Of a DNA stretch of 64,000 nucleotides, positions 1 to 8,532 are shown one piece after another. A model generated the notes under the pieces. It was not told the DNA's origin, searched no databases, and saw only the letters and a program-made list of their open reading frames with translations. This stretch comes from a virus (lineage: Duplodnaviria; Heunggongvirae; Uroviricota; Caudoviricetes). How positions within the stretch are numbered: the first letter of the stretch is position 1; each line of letters opens with the position of its first letter. The translations under genes were made by a program, and so were the position numbers. The stretch is from the IMG/VR virus record IMGVR_UViG_3300020152_000001, positions 44,766 through 108,765 of that record, one strand, 5' to 3'.

Positions 1-709
1 CCGAGCCAAGCGTCCGCTCGACACCATCTACATGGACGAAGCGCAGAAGAAGCGCATCATCGCCGACATCATGAACTTCCTGAACAAACGTTCGTGGTAC
101 GCTGCTCGTGGGATTCCGTGGCGTCGAGGCTACTCGTTCGAAGGCCCGCCGGGCACCGGCAAAACCTCTCTGATCTTCGCCATCGCTTCGCTGCTGGGCA
201 AGCCCATCTACATCATCAACCCCGCGACGATGTCGAGCGACAACGCGTTGCAGGAAGCCATCAACGCCGCCGGCAACGGCATCGTCGTCATCGAAGACAT
301 CGACAGCATCACCATCCTCGAAGAGCGCAAGGAAAAGGCGAGCCCCGGCGGACGCTCGAAGAAGAAGGACGACAAGGACGAAGGCCTGACGCTGTCTGGC
401 TTCCTCAACGCCATCGACGGCATCGCCTCTCAGGAAGGTCGTCTGCTCTTCATCACCAGCAACCACGCCGGCAAGCTCGACGAAGCTCTTATGCGTCCTG
501 GCCGTATCGATCGACGCGAAGTCCTTGGCCTCGCCGACGAGAAGGTTGCCCGTCAGATGTTCTCGAAATTCTGCCCGGACCAAGACCCCGCTGACTTCAT
601 CCGCGAGATCAAGCCCCAGCTGCCGATGTCGACGGCCGCTATCCAGAACGCTCTCATCAAACGCGAAGCCCCCGAACTCCTGGAATACGAACTGGAAAAA
701 GCCGCATGA
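1..709 (+). CDS. BCS1-like AAA+ ATPase (5' end truncated by window)
   Basis: In-frame coding continues upstream of the ATG at 32 (RAKRPLDTIY). Walker A GPPGTGKTS, Walker B IVVIEDID, sensor/arginine finger region LMRPGRIDR. Typical of BCS1/AAA family. Confidence 0.8.
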   Translation, partial: RAKRPLDTIYMDEAQKKRIIADIMNFLNKRSWYAARGIPWRRGYSFEGPPGTGKTSLIFAIASLLGKPIYIINPATMSSDNALQEAINAAGNGIVVIEDIDSITILEERKEKASPGGRSKKKDDKDEGLTLSGFLNAIDGIASQEGRLLFITSNHAGKLDEALMRPGRIDRREVLGLADEKVARQMFSKFCPDQDPADFIREIKPQLPMSTAAIQNALIKREAPELLEYELEKAA

Positions 710-903
710 AGCTCGACGAGATCAAGGCCCTCGATGACAAACAGCTGGCCGTGTACCTGCGCGAATCCGCAGGACACGTGAACGACATCATGACCATTGC
801 CGAAGAGCGAGGCATGAAATTCACGCCGGCATTACGAGAAGTCGGAGCGCCGGGAAACTATCGTCGCCGACTCCATATCGGCCCGCTGTCACGAGAGTTC
901 TGA
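706..903 (+). CDS. hypothetical protein (65 aa)
   Basis: ATGA overlap with upstream AAA gene stop. Same-strand operon position. Confidence 0.4.
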   Translation: MKLDEIKALDDKQLAVYLRESAGHVNDIMTIAEERGMKFTPALREVGAPGNYRRRLHIGPLSREF

Positions 904-1142
904 TGCCGACATTGTCGGCTTTGCTCGATCGCTTGCAGATAATGCAAGAGGAAGTCGGCTGCGACGGCGAGAAGACGGCCGCGCACACCTATCCCAGCAG
1001 CGTCCGCTTCCGCATCGACGGCGACGACGCCGATATGGACATCGAGATCGAACTCGAAAGCGTCGACGACATCGAACCTGAATCTCACATGGGCTGCGGT
1101 TGCTGGACCGGAGTCGTGTTCGTTCTGAAGAGGAAAAAGTGA
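903..1142 (+). CDS. hypothetical acidic protein (79 aa)
   Basis: ATGA overlap with previous ORF. Acidic D/E-rich. Confidence 0.4.
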   Translation: MPTLSALLDRLQIMQEEVGCDGEKTAAHTYPSSVRFRIDGDDADMDIEIELESVDDIEPESHMGCGCWTGVVFVLKRKK

Positions 1143-1771
1143 CCGACCTTATCGAGTACGAAGAAGACGTTCTCATGGACGCGGCTGGTTACGCCGTCGA
1201 AGGCGTGATCCCCGGCGCCGCCTACAACGTGTGCGCCGCGCGGCTGGTGAAGCTCCGTCTGCTCAAGCGCAATGAGCCGGGCGTGACGCCATCCGGCGAG
1301 AAGCTGGCGAAAGAAATCTTCCAGCGACGCTTCGGCATCGAGCCGTGGCTTGGCAAGGCCGCGAAGGCGTACAACGCTCGCTACGTCGGTCTCTACGATC
1401 TGCCGAACCGCGAGGGCCCGTTCTACGTCTTCTACACTGAGAATCCCGACCGCTCGAAGGGCCACGACAATTACTTCGGCCTCGTGTGGCGCGACGAGAA
1501 CCCTCTCGACCCCAACACCAAAAGCCACCTCTACATTCTGTCGGCGGCGACGATCCGTGACGCCGTGTTCTCGGCTTTCGAATACGCCCCCGGCAAGTTC
1601 ATTTGCTCGCGGTATCGCCACAACTACGTCATGGCACCCAACGGCCATGCGTTCCTGGACGGCGGTCTCGCCTATGTCCGGGGGTCGGTCCTCCCGACCC
1701 ACACCATGAAAGTCATCGACGGCCGAGAGGTTTTCACGTCGGTATCGGCCGGGGCCAAAGCCGCCAGCTGA
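1139..1771 (+). CDS. hypothetical protein (about 210 aa)
   Basis: GTG start at 1139 overlaps the upstream TGA (GTGA) and is preceded by aagaggaaaaa (SD-like). ORF track gives 1100..1771. Confidence 0.5.
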   Translation: MTDLIEYEEDVLMDAAGYAVEGVIPGAAYNVCAARLVKLRLLKRNEPGVTPSGEKLAKEIFQRRFGIEPWLGKAAKAYNARYVGLYDLPNREGPFYVFYTENPDRSKGHDNYFGLVWRDENPLDPNTKSHLYILSAATIRDAVFSAFEYAPGKFICSRYRHNYVMAPNGHAFLDGGLAYVRGSVLPTHTMKVIDGREVFTSVSAGAKAAS

Positions 1772-1834
1772 CGGCGCATTCCTTGAATGAAACCTTAACG
1801 ACGCTGTGTCTAAGGTGTCGGAAAGGAGTCCACA

Positions 1835-2317
1835 ATGAAAGCCATCCTGACGATCGCCGCCGCCCTGGCCCTGGCTACCCCAGCGTGGGCCCAGGACCGC
1901 GCTGTAGAGACCTCTGGCTTCAACCGCAGCACCGACGCCTTAGTGGCCGCCTATGGCTCCTGGGACGCCTCAGGACGGCCCTGCGAGGGTCCAGAGGCCC
2001 TTGCGGTCGCGAGGCAACTCGACGCCCTCACCGCCGCCTATAACCGGGCCAGCGACCGCGCCATCTGGATTGAAAGCGAGGGCGACGGCCTAGCCGCCGC
2101 GTCGCTAGGCGCCAGAGACCCGGCCCTCGCCGAGGCCATGGGCGCTCGCCTGGGACCCAACGCCTTTGTCGTCGGCGTGGCCGCCGAGGAAGCCGGGTGC
2201 GAAGTCCTGGCCGAGGGCGCGTACATGATCGTCAGCCGTCTGGCCCTTCGCGGCGCGACCATGGCCCAAGCCAACCGCGCCAACCGCTATCTCTTCCGCG
2301 ATCGATCGGCCGAATGA
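1835..2317 (+). CDS. secreted protein with Sec signal peptide
   Basis: N-terminus MKAILTIAAALALATPAWA/QD is a classic signal peptide with AxA cleavage site. SD aaggag 8 nt upstream. Confidence 0.6.
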   Translation: MKAILTIAAALALATPAWAQDRAVETSGFNRSTDALVAAYGSWDASGRPCEGPEALAVARQLDALTAAYNRASDRAIWIESEGDGLAAASLGARDPALAEAMGARLGPNAFVVGVAAEEAGCEVLAEGAYMIVSRLALRGATMAQANRANRYLFRDRSAE

Positions 2318-2835
2318 AGCTGCTCGATCGCGTACTCGAAGACGCCTACAACGCAAATCCCAGTGTCGGCGTGGCTTGGTATCTGATGACCAGCTACCTC
2401 TACTATCACCACGACACCAGCGTCCTCAGCGACCCCGCGTTCGACAACCTCTGCAAATATCTCGATGAGGACTGGGACGCGATCGAGCACATTCACAAGC
2501 ACCTCATCAATCGAGAGGACTTGAGGGCCGGCACCGGCTTCGCTTTGCAGATGGATGATTTGCCGCTCCGCGTCGTCGCCGGAGCTGCGGCGTTGCTCGA
2601 CCTCGCGCTCGACGCCGACGATCGTGATCCCCGGCCGTTCTCGCCGCCGCGATATTTTGCGGAGATGCTTGTACGTGAGGGCGTCGGCCGCAAACGCAAG
2701 AAGAAATCAGCGAGGAAGACACTCGATGCTGATGGCGGGGAAGCGCTTCCAGATTCGGGGGAAGACCTTCTCAGCGGACCCGAGCAAAGCCTCTCCGCTG
2801 ATGATGAGACTCGGCGCGAACACGATTGCGTTTGA
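2314..2835 (+). CDS. hypothetical protein (173 aa)
   Basis: ATG at 2314 overlaps upstream TGA (ATGA). The ORF-track N-terminal extension from 2197 is rejected. Confidence 0.5.
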   Translation: MKLLDRVLEDAYNANPSVGVAWYLMTSYLYYHHDTSVLSDPAFDNLCKYLDEDWDAIEHIHKHLINREDLRAGTGFALQMDDLPLRVVAGAAALLDLALDADDRDPRPFSPPRYFAEMLVREGVGRKRKKKSARKTLDADGGEALPDSGEDLLSGPEQSLSADDETRREHDCV

Positions 2836-3075
2836 TCCCGGCCGCGTGTCGATCGAATAATCCCAAAAGGACAACGCTGTAAGGCCCCAGCCGCCAAGGC
2901 GAGACATCACGGCTTCATACGGCCGCTGGTGCGTCTTCGGCGCGAGCTGGCCGTCGAGATGGGCGAGGTCGCTGTACATCGGCAGCGCCCGCAACAGCGA
3001 GCGATCGACGAGGAAGTGTCCTCCCCTTTCGATGCAGCCGAAGAAAAGCCAATCGGGTTTGTAGTCGGCGATCAC
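2707..3075 (-). CDS. hypothetical protein (122 aa), last gene of the leftward operon
   Basis: Start ATG overlaps stop of upstream minus-strand gene (ATGA at 3072-3075). The N-terminal 80 aa look protein-like. The 3' third overlaps the convergent + gene 2314..2835. Confidence 0.35.
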   Translation of the reverse strand: MIADYKPDWLFFGCIERGGHFLVDRSLLRALPMYSDLAHLDGQLAPKTHQRPYEAVMSRLGGWGLTALSFWDYSIDTRPGSNAIVFAPSLIISGEALLGSAEKVFPRIWKRFPAISIECLPR

Positions 3076-3413
3076 GGAAGCTCTGTGGGATACAGGAAGT
3101 AGACGGCCTTACCCAACTCCCTTGCGTACTCGATTTCCCGCTTCGTCGACGAGCCTATATAGCCGCCGGGGTTCACTACGACGATAGCGTCCGACATCGC
3201 GATCTTATCGAAGTGCAGACTGTCTAGCGCTTGTTTCTCCGCAGTGCCTTCGTCTCCGTCGCTGGTGATGAAACGCGCACCAACAGGTTCGTCGGCGTGG
3301 CCGAAGCAGCTCAGCGAAATCACGATGCATCCGAGCATGGAATAGTGCATCTGCGCCAACGCAAAGGCGTCGGGGAAACGACTGCTTCCGCAGAGGGTGA
3401 CGACTTTTCTCAT
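3072..3413 (-). CDS. nucleoside 2-deoxyribosyltransferase-like (Rossmann) protein
   Basis: Motifs VTLCGSSRF near the N-terminus and VVVNPGGYIGSSTKREIEYARELGKAVY near the C-terminus resemble the NDT/Rcl family. ATGA coupling to the upstream gene. Confidence 0.45.
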   Translation of the reverse strand: MRKVVTLCGSSRFPDAFALAQMHYSMLGCIVISLSCFGHADEPVGARFITSDGDEGTAEKQALDSLHFDKIAMSDAIVVVNPGGYIGSSTKREIEYARELGKAVYFLYPTELP

Positions 3414-3937
3414 GCGAACGGCGTTCCCTGCTTCTTCTTCGCAAGCAACAACGCACCGGCAAGCACGTCGTCAGGCAGCGTCCGGTATTCGATCGGCCGG
3501 CCGTCGCGTTCAGCGGCTTCGATCCCGTACTTCATCCCCCGAGAGATGCCGAGGTCCGTGTAGACGACGGTGGCGTCGGCGACACGTCCCCAGACCAGAC
3601 CTGCATCAATCCCCCACTGACGCTCGATCGGCTGGTCGTCGTCGAGAATGCCCGGTTGCGTGTAAAGCAAGTGGCTGGCGATCGGTGCGTCGCCGCGACT
3701 GAGGGCGTCGCGGATGCAGGCACGTGCATAGGAGACGTTCTCGGCGACTTGGCCGGCGAACGGGGACTCCAGGATCACGAGACGCATCTTGGCATCGAGG
3801 GGATCAAGTGCGTTCGCGACTTCGTCGAGAAGATCGGCGATGCGATCGGGCTTACCCTCTTGGACGGACTTGCGGGTGGAGATGTTGCGGCGGATGCTGG
3901 CGCGGACGCGGCAACGTTCGGCGAGTTCTTTCTTCAT
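3410..3937 (-). CDS. NDT/DUF4406-like Rossmann protein (possible internal start at 3787)
   Basis: Segment MRLVILESPFAG...SYARACIRDALSRGDAPIASHLLY resembles DUF4406/NDT-like folds. It is the second such gene in tandem. Confidence 0.4.
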   Translation of the reverse strand: MKKELAERCRVRASIRRNISTRKSVQEGKPDRIADLLDEVANALDPLDAKMRLVILESPFAGQVAENVSYARACIRDALSRGDAPIASHLLYTQPGILDDDQPIERQWGIDAGLVWGRVADATVVYTDLGISRGMKYGIEAAERDGRPIEYRTLPDDVLAGALLLAKKKQGTPFA

Positions 3938-4049
3938 TGCAGCGCCATCGCCGCAAGAGTGATCGAGCTGCCGGCAAAGACGACGATGGCGAAGACGCCA
4001 AGGTACATCTGCCGCCGGGCGCGGCGGACTTCAGCGAGCACGTGCGGCT

Positions 4050-5156
4050 TCATTGGAGCCCCTGCTCGCTAATGCGGCGGAGAATCCACTCACGTGCCTT
4101 CAACGCGATAGGTCCTGCGACCTCTTTCCATGTAAGACCGCTGGCCTCGCGTTCGGCTTCGGTCTCTTTTTCGACATCACGGCCGATCCAGCCGAGAAAG
4201 GGCCCGATCTTTTGCACCGTGGCGACGCCGTCCGGCCAAACGGCCTGCAGGCCTTGCTCAAGGCGGGCCTCATGCACGTGGGCGGTCGTGAATGCCTTAG
4301 CGTTTTCGCTGGCCTCTGCCTTCATGCGGGCTGGTTTCGCGGCGCCCTTCTCGCCGTGGGCGGCGCCTTTGACTTTGAAGAGCAGCGACTGCGAATGCAG
4401 GCGCAGGTTGGACACGTCTTCGATGCGGAAGGCGCGGCCCGGCGTCATCGGGATTTCGACGGACTGCGGATAGAAGACTAGGCCTTCCCCGACGCCGTCG
4501 ATACCGAATACGGATTTGATGTAGGGGTCGCTCTGGTCGATCTTCGCGACTTCGTCGTTGATCTCGCGGACGATCTCTTCACCGCGTTCGCGATCGTTGA
4601 AGTCGAGGCGGATCAGACTGCCTTCGTGCCACGGGATCACTTTGACGCGCGGATGGATGCCGTTCTCGTTCGTCAGCCAGCGCTCGATGGACTCGGGATT
4701 GACAATATGTCCGTCTGCGGTCTCGATCGAGAACACGAAGAAGGTCTTCTCGGGTATCTGCGAGACCGAGACCTTCTTCTGGATTCCGGGGCCAGCCCAT
4801 TCGCCGTGAACGACGACGTACTCGTTCGCCAGCGGCCGGAGTGATGACCAATAGTCGTTCGTCTCTTCGACGAACTTCGCGAAGCCGCAGTTATCGTCCT
4901 CCGGTGTGATGTCGTCGGTGCGCTTCTGCGCCACGACTTTGCCGTAGCTGTAGACGCGGACGCCGCCATTGGTGCCGTGAAGTTTGACCTTCGCGCGATA
5001 CCGGACGATTGGCCGGTTCGGGAAATCGAACATGCCGGCGATCTGCTTCCACACGTTCACGAAGCCGAGGATCGACGGGAATTTGTGGTGATGATCGGAG
5101 ACCGGCGGCCCACCCTCTTCCGCTTCTGCGTAAGTTAGACTGACATCAGATGGCAT
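4050..5156 (-). CDS. RNA ligase, Rnl2-like (nucleotidyltransferase motif I KLHGTN)
   Basis: KVKLHGTNGG matches the T4 Rnl2 motif I (KIHGTN). Start moved to the ATG MPSDVSL at 5156. The ORF-track extension to 5327 overlaps the upstream gene and is low complexity. Confidence 0.75.
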   Translation of the reverse strand: MPSDVSLTYAEAEEGGPPVSDHHHKFPSILGFVNVWKQIAGMFDFPNRPIVRYRAKVKLHGTNGGVRVYSYGKVVAQKRTDDITPEDDNCGFAKFVEETNDYWSSLRPLANEYVVVHGEWAGPGIQKKVSVSQIPEKTFFVFSIETADGHIVNPESIERWLTNENGIHPRVKVIPWHEGSLIRLDFNDRERGEEIVREINDEVAKIDQSDPYIKSVFGIDGVGEGLVFYPQSVEIPMTPGRAFRIEDVSNLRLHSQSLLFKVKGAAHGEKGAAKPARMKAEASENAKAFTTAHVHEARLEQGLQAVWPDGVATVQKIGPFLGWIGRDVEKETEAEREASGLTWKEVAGPIALKAREWILRRISEQGLQ

Positions 5157-5841
5157 AGGTAAGCCCTGCTTTCGGCAGATCGCGTGCCTCGGCCACGCCC
5201 ATGTGCTGGCGCAGCTCCGTGATAAATTGGTCGGCGGTCTGATCGAGGATTTCGCCTTCGATCCAACCGCTCTGATCGAAATAGGCGTGCATGACTTCCG
5301 GCCGCATGCCGCGATGCATGACCTCAAGCCACGCGAGAGCGCGGCTCAGCATCCGCCGGTGCGTGTGCTCGCCGAGATAATCGCGCCAATGGACCTTGCG
5401 ACGCGGCTCCACGCCCTCGTCGACGTAGAAGCCCCACCACGCCTGCTTCTGCATGCGCCAGACGGCGGTGACGATGACGCCGTCATCATCGAGTTCGTAG
5501 CGCTTCTTGTCCCAGATGTTCTCTGGCACTACGCGGGCGCGGCCGAGGATGCGATGCGCGTACTCTGGCCGGCGATAGTGGAAGCGAAAGCGCTTCACGA
5601 TGTTCAGAGTCGTTTTGCCGGTCTTCGGGTCGTAGACTTCCTCGAAGTAGTCGGTGAACGGGAACGTGATGAAGCCCCACGGGTGATCGTGGGGATGTCG
5701 GTCTTCGTCCTTCCGCCACATGACATGCAGGCGGAAGCGCCCGATGATGCAACGGGTCATGTACGGCGACTGATCGCCCTTCCCCGTAATCGTGTCGAAG
5801 AACGGGAGCTTGTTCAGCAACTGTGACAAATGCTTCGCCAT
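5146..5841 (-). CDS. hypothetical protein with His-rich motif (RHPHDHPW)
   Basis: 231-aa ORF. The start codon lies inside the recurrent motif (CGTAAGTgagacTGACATGG). Possible metal-binding HxHDH motif. Function unknown. Confidence 0.5.
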   Translation of the reverse strand: MAKHLSQLLNKLPFFDTITGKGDQSPYMTRCIIGRFRLHVMWRKDEDRHPHDHPWGFITFPFTDYFEEVYDPKTGKTTLNIVKRFRFHYRRPEYAHRILGRARVVPENIWDKKRYELDDDGVIVTAVWRMQKQAWWGFYVDEGVEPRRKVHWRDYLGEHTHRRMLSRALAWLEVMHRGMRPEVMHAYFDQSGWIEGEILDQTADQFITELRQHMGVAEARDLPKAGLTYAI

Positions 5842-5852
5842 GTCAGTCTCAC

Positions 5853-6320
5853 TTACGCCCTTAGATACAAAGCGACCTCGGCCTCCCGGCGTCGGATCAG
5901 TCCGTTTGATCGCACCTTCGCTCCCTTCTTCGTCACCCAGATGAAGCGCCGCAGCTGCGTCGGGACTTCAGTCAGACGCCCTTCTCGGATCAGCCTAAAG
6001 ACCACCCAACTCGGCGACGCTCCAGCGTTGAAAGCGAACGACACCAAAGCGCCGTACTGATTGTCGGTGAGGGACGCCAACCGATCGGCTGGCATGCACG
6101 CGGCCAGTCGCGTCTGCGCTTCTCGGAGGTCAAGCCGGAGAAGACGCTCCGCTTCCTCTTCGGTGATGGTCTTTTTGCCGACATCGTCCCCGCTTACGGT
6201 CTCCGTGTGACCGTAACCGATCGAAGGCACACCGGCCTCGCAGCGGTAGGCGACAAGCTCTAGGTTCTCGAAGCTCTTGATGAGATCGATTGCCGCTTGG
6301 TTGAGTTCACGAGTTGCCAT
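5853..6320 (-). CDS. endolysin, GH24 phage lysozyme
   Basis: AIDLIKSFENLELVAYRCEAGVPSIGYGHT is the T4/lambda-R-type lysozyme catalytic motif. Start at ATG MATREL (6320). Confidence 0.8.
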   Translation of the reverse strand: MATRELNQAAIDLIKSFENLELVAYRCEAGVPSIGYGHTETVSGDDVGKKTITEEEAERLLRLDLREAQTRLAACMPADRLASLTDNQYGALVSFAFNAGASPSWVVFRLIREGRLTEVPTQLRRFIWVTKKGAKVRSNGLIRRREAEVALYLRA

Positions 6321-6618
6321 AGGTGTTCTGTTCTCGGTGGTCTCGGTTTTGGTATTCCTCGTCTTCCGCTCGCACCTTCTCAATGAAGTCGAGGATGTCA
6401 GAGGATTTGAAGCGGGCGCAGACTTCGTAGCGGCCGGCAGCTTCTTTGACGTTCAGTATCTCACCATAAGGACCGCAGTTGCCGAGGAAACGCGCTCGCA
6501 ACCCACGGGGGCAAACTTTGCGAGGCAAAACCAGCAACACAAACTCGGCCGCGCGACAGCGAGCTTCGAGGTCTTCGACCTTCATCAGTCGACCTTCCCG
6601 CCGACGTGATGAAACCAT
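6307..6618 (-). CDS. hypothetical protein
   Basis: ORF in operon orientation. Overlaps a + strand ORF of similar size. Confidence 0.3.
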   Translation of the reverse strand: MVSSRRREGRLMKVEDLEARCRAAEFVLLVLPRKVCPRGLRARFLGNCGPYGEILNVKEAAGRYEVCARFKSSDILDFIEKVRAEDEEYQNRDHREQNTYGNS

Positions 6619-7307
6619 GCGCCGTAGCGATTGAGGTCGCTTTCTCGCGTGAACTGAAGCATCGCCGGCACGCGCAGATGCCGGCCGCTGCGATGGATGA
6701 TTTGCAGCTCGATAGGCTGTAGGTCATCTTTCTGAGGTTGAAACCATGGGGGCATCGCCACAAGTCGGCGGTCTCCGCGCTCCATCGCCCTCTTGGCTTC
6801 CTGGAGCCAGGCCTTCGGGGCCCGAAGCTCCGTGATAGCGCCTCTGGGATCACGAAGAAACGAAGGACGCTCTTCGCCGGTAGGCCGGCCTTCGAGCATC
6901 CGCATCATCCTCTTCATGCTGGAGATCGAGAACTTGGACGACTTCGACTCCCAGGCGCTAGTCGCCGTGATCTGCTTGGCCCATAGTTCTTCTCGCATTT
7001 TGTTCATGCGAATGTTGAACTCACGCCCCACCTCTAAGGTCTCGATGTCCAAGCTCACTTGCTTGATGTCGTAGACTCTCTTGACCTCGATGGATTTGGT
7101 CTCGACGGCGGAGACGGGAATTGACGCTCCCGGATACGCAACGCGAGGTGATATGGAAACGAGATCACGACGAAGAAGAGGAACTTCCCGCAGAACTTCC
7201 ACAAGAGAAGAAGAGGCCATGCAATTACGACGACTGCGAAAAAGTCGTCCCTTCTGAATGTGAGACCGCGACCAAGCGCGATATAGCAACCTACGAAAAC
7301 CCAACAC
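6585..7307 (-). CDS. hypothetical protein (start uncertain)
   Basis: 240-aa ORF. Internal Met candidates exist. Overlaps 7055..7375 in another frame. Confidence 0.4.
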   Translation of the reverse strand: MLGFRRLLYRAWSRSHIQKGRLFRSRRNCMASSSLVEVLREVPLLRRDLVSISPRVAYPGASIPVSAVETKSIEVKRVYDIKQVSLDIETLEVGREFNIRMNKMREELWAKQITATSAWESKSSKFSISSMKRMMRMLEGRPTGEERPSFLRDPRGAITELRAPKAWLQEAKRAMERGDRRLVAMPPWFQPQKDDLQPIELQIIHRSGRHLRVPAMLQFTRESDLNRYGAWFHHVGGKVD

Positions 7308-7375
7308 GCCGAGACCGCCACGGCGATCGGCGGCGTCAAGACTACCGCCAGGATGAGTTCAAGCACGGCCGCCAT
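7055..7375 (-). CDS. putative small membrane protein
   Basis: About 60 N-terminal residues are strongly hydrophobic (2 predicted TM). The C-terminus is low complexity. Overlaps the neighbouring ORF. Confidence 0.25.
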   Translation of the reverse strand: MAAVLELILAVVLTPPIAVAVSACWVFVGCYIALGRGLTFRRDDFFAVVVIAWPLLLLWKFCGKFLFFVVISFPYHLALRIRERQFPSPPSRPNPSRSRESTTSSK

Positions 7376-7727
7376 GAACCTCCTCGTTGAGCTGGTTCAT
7401 GGCGGCGTCGAGATCGCCGCCGTTGTTGTTGATGGTGTCCTGCAAGCACGCGCCAACGTCTTCTGACGCCAGGAACGAAACCCAGCCTTGTTCGGTGACT
7501 AGGAAGGGTTCACGGCCGGCGATGCTACCAGCGAGAATCTTTCCGTCCTTGTCGACGGCAAGCCACGTGTTCTCCGGAAGGAACGAGCTGACGCGGACGA
7601 CCATGCCGTTGAATAGGGAGATCGCGGCGCCTTCCGGCGGGATCAGCGCCACGGCCTGCATCATCTTCGCGATCTCGTCCTGAGGATTGAAGGCGAACTT
7701 CGAGGCGTCGGGGTTGTTGTCGCTCAT
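7359..7727 (-). CDS. hypothetical protein
   Basis: Start at MSDNNPD (7727). ATGA coupling with the upstream gene at 7724-7727. Confidence 0.4.
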   Translation of the reverse strand: MSDNNPDASKFAFNPQDEIAKMMQAVALIPPEGAAISLFNGMVVRVSSFLPENTWLAVDKDGKILAGSIAGREPFLVTEQGWVSFLASEDVGACLQDTINNNGGDLDAAMNQLNEEVHGGRA

Positions 7728-8074
7728 GGGCGGTACGAAGCCACGCTTTGGACTTTGTGGACGAGTTCGTTGTTGAGCAGCGTCTTCTTGATCCTCTTGC
7801 GGATGATGCCGTAGCCCTTTTCGGTGTCGGGCTCCCAAACTTCAGCGTAGAAGCTGGGCCACATGGACGACGATTCTTCGCGACCACACTGCAAGCAAAT
7901 GCGACGCGGCGGATGATAGCCGTCACCGCCAACGTAATAGGCTTCTTCGGCGACGTGCTCGTGTTTGCAGGTCCTCTGCACTTCTTTGACGATCGCCGCC
8001 AAGCGCTTCTCTTCCTTCTCGACGCGAGCCTGCGCCAAGCGGATGCGGCGGTTGAGATAGTCGGTCAGAGCCAT
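7724..8074 (-). CDS. hypothetical Zn-ribbon-like protein
   Basis: CKHEH...CLQCG cysteine/histidine cluster. Operon position. Confidence 0.4.
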   Translation of the reverse strand: MALTDYLNRRIRLAQARVEKEEKRLAAIVKEVQRTCKHEHVAEEAYYVGGDGYHPPRRICLQCGREESSSMWPSFYAEVWEPDTEKGYGIIRKRIKKTLLNNELVHKVQSVASYRP

Positions 8075-8532
8075 ACCAGCTCTCCACCGGGCGAGAGCCG
8101 TAGCCGCAGCACGCTTTGTACCCAGTCGTCGATACGTTGACGTTCTGCCGGCGGCTTCGTCGCGTCGTCGATGACTATGATGTAATCGAAGCGGCTACCG
8201 CACAGCGTCCCGAACGGCGCCGTGAAGCGAATGTTGGACTGCGGGGTGTTCTTGCGCAGAACCACGGCCTTCATGAGGTTCATCGCCCGCGCGGCGAGGC
8301 GATCAGAGGACGCCACGATGCAGATCGCCGGCCCTTCGGGGTACGGCTGAGTGTAGTAGTCCTCTTCCCTATTCTTCGTCAGACGACCGTTGTAGGGATC
8401 GTCAACGGCGATGAGGTTGGCGCGATGTCCAACGACCTCGGCCTTGCGCTGAGGCGCCAGCGTCTCGTCGGGCACAGGCTGCCGCGCCTGCTCCTGCATT
8501 TTGTCTTCAATCGAACGAAACGAACCGCTCAT
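8065..8532 (-). CDS. hypothetical protein
   Basis: 155-aa ORF overlapping its neighbours by a few nt. Confidence 0.45.
   Translation of the reverse strand: MSGSFRSIEDKMQEQARQPVPDETLAPQRKAEVVGHRANLIAVDDPYNGRLTKNREEDYYTQPYPEGPAICIVASSDRLAARAMNLMKAVVLRKNTPQSNIRFTAPFGTLCGSRFDYIIVIDDATKPPAERQRIDDWVQSVLRLRLSPGGELVWL

Noticed and set aside
4050-5327. ORF-track N-terminal extension of the Rnl2-like gene (to 5327), similar extensions of 21892-23370 and 14682-15566, and the 2197 start of 2314-2835
   Set aside because: The extensions are low-complexity and overlap upstream genes. Internal ATGs restore the usual 1-11 nt gene coupling.
5203-5826. 207-aa plus-strand ORF
   Set aside because: Antisense to 5146-5841. 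No start-site support.
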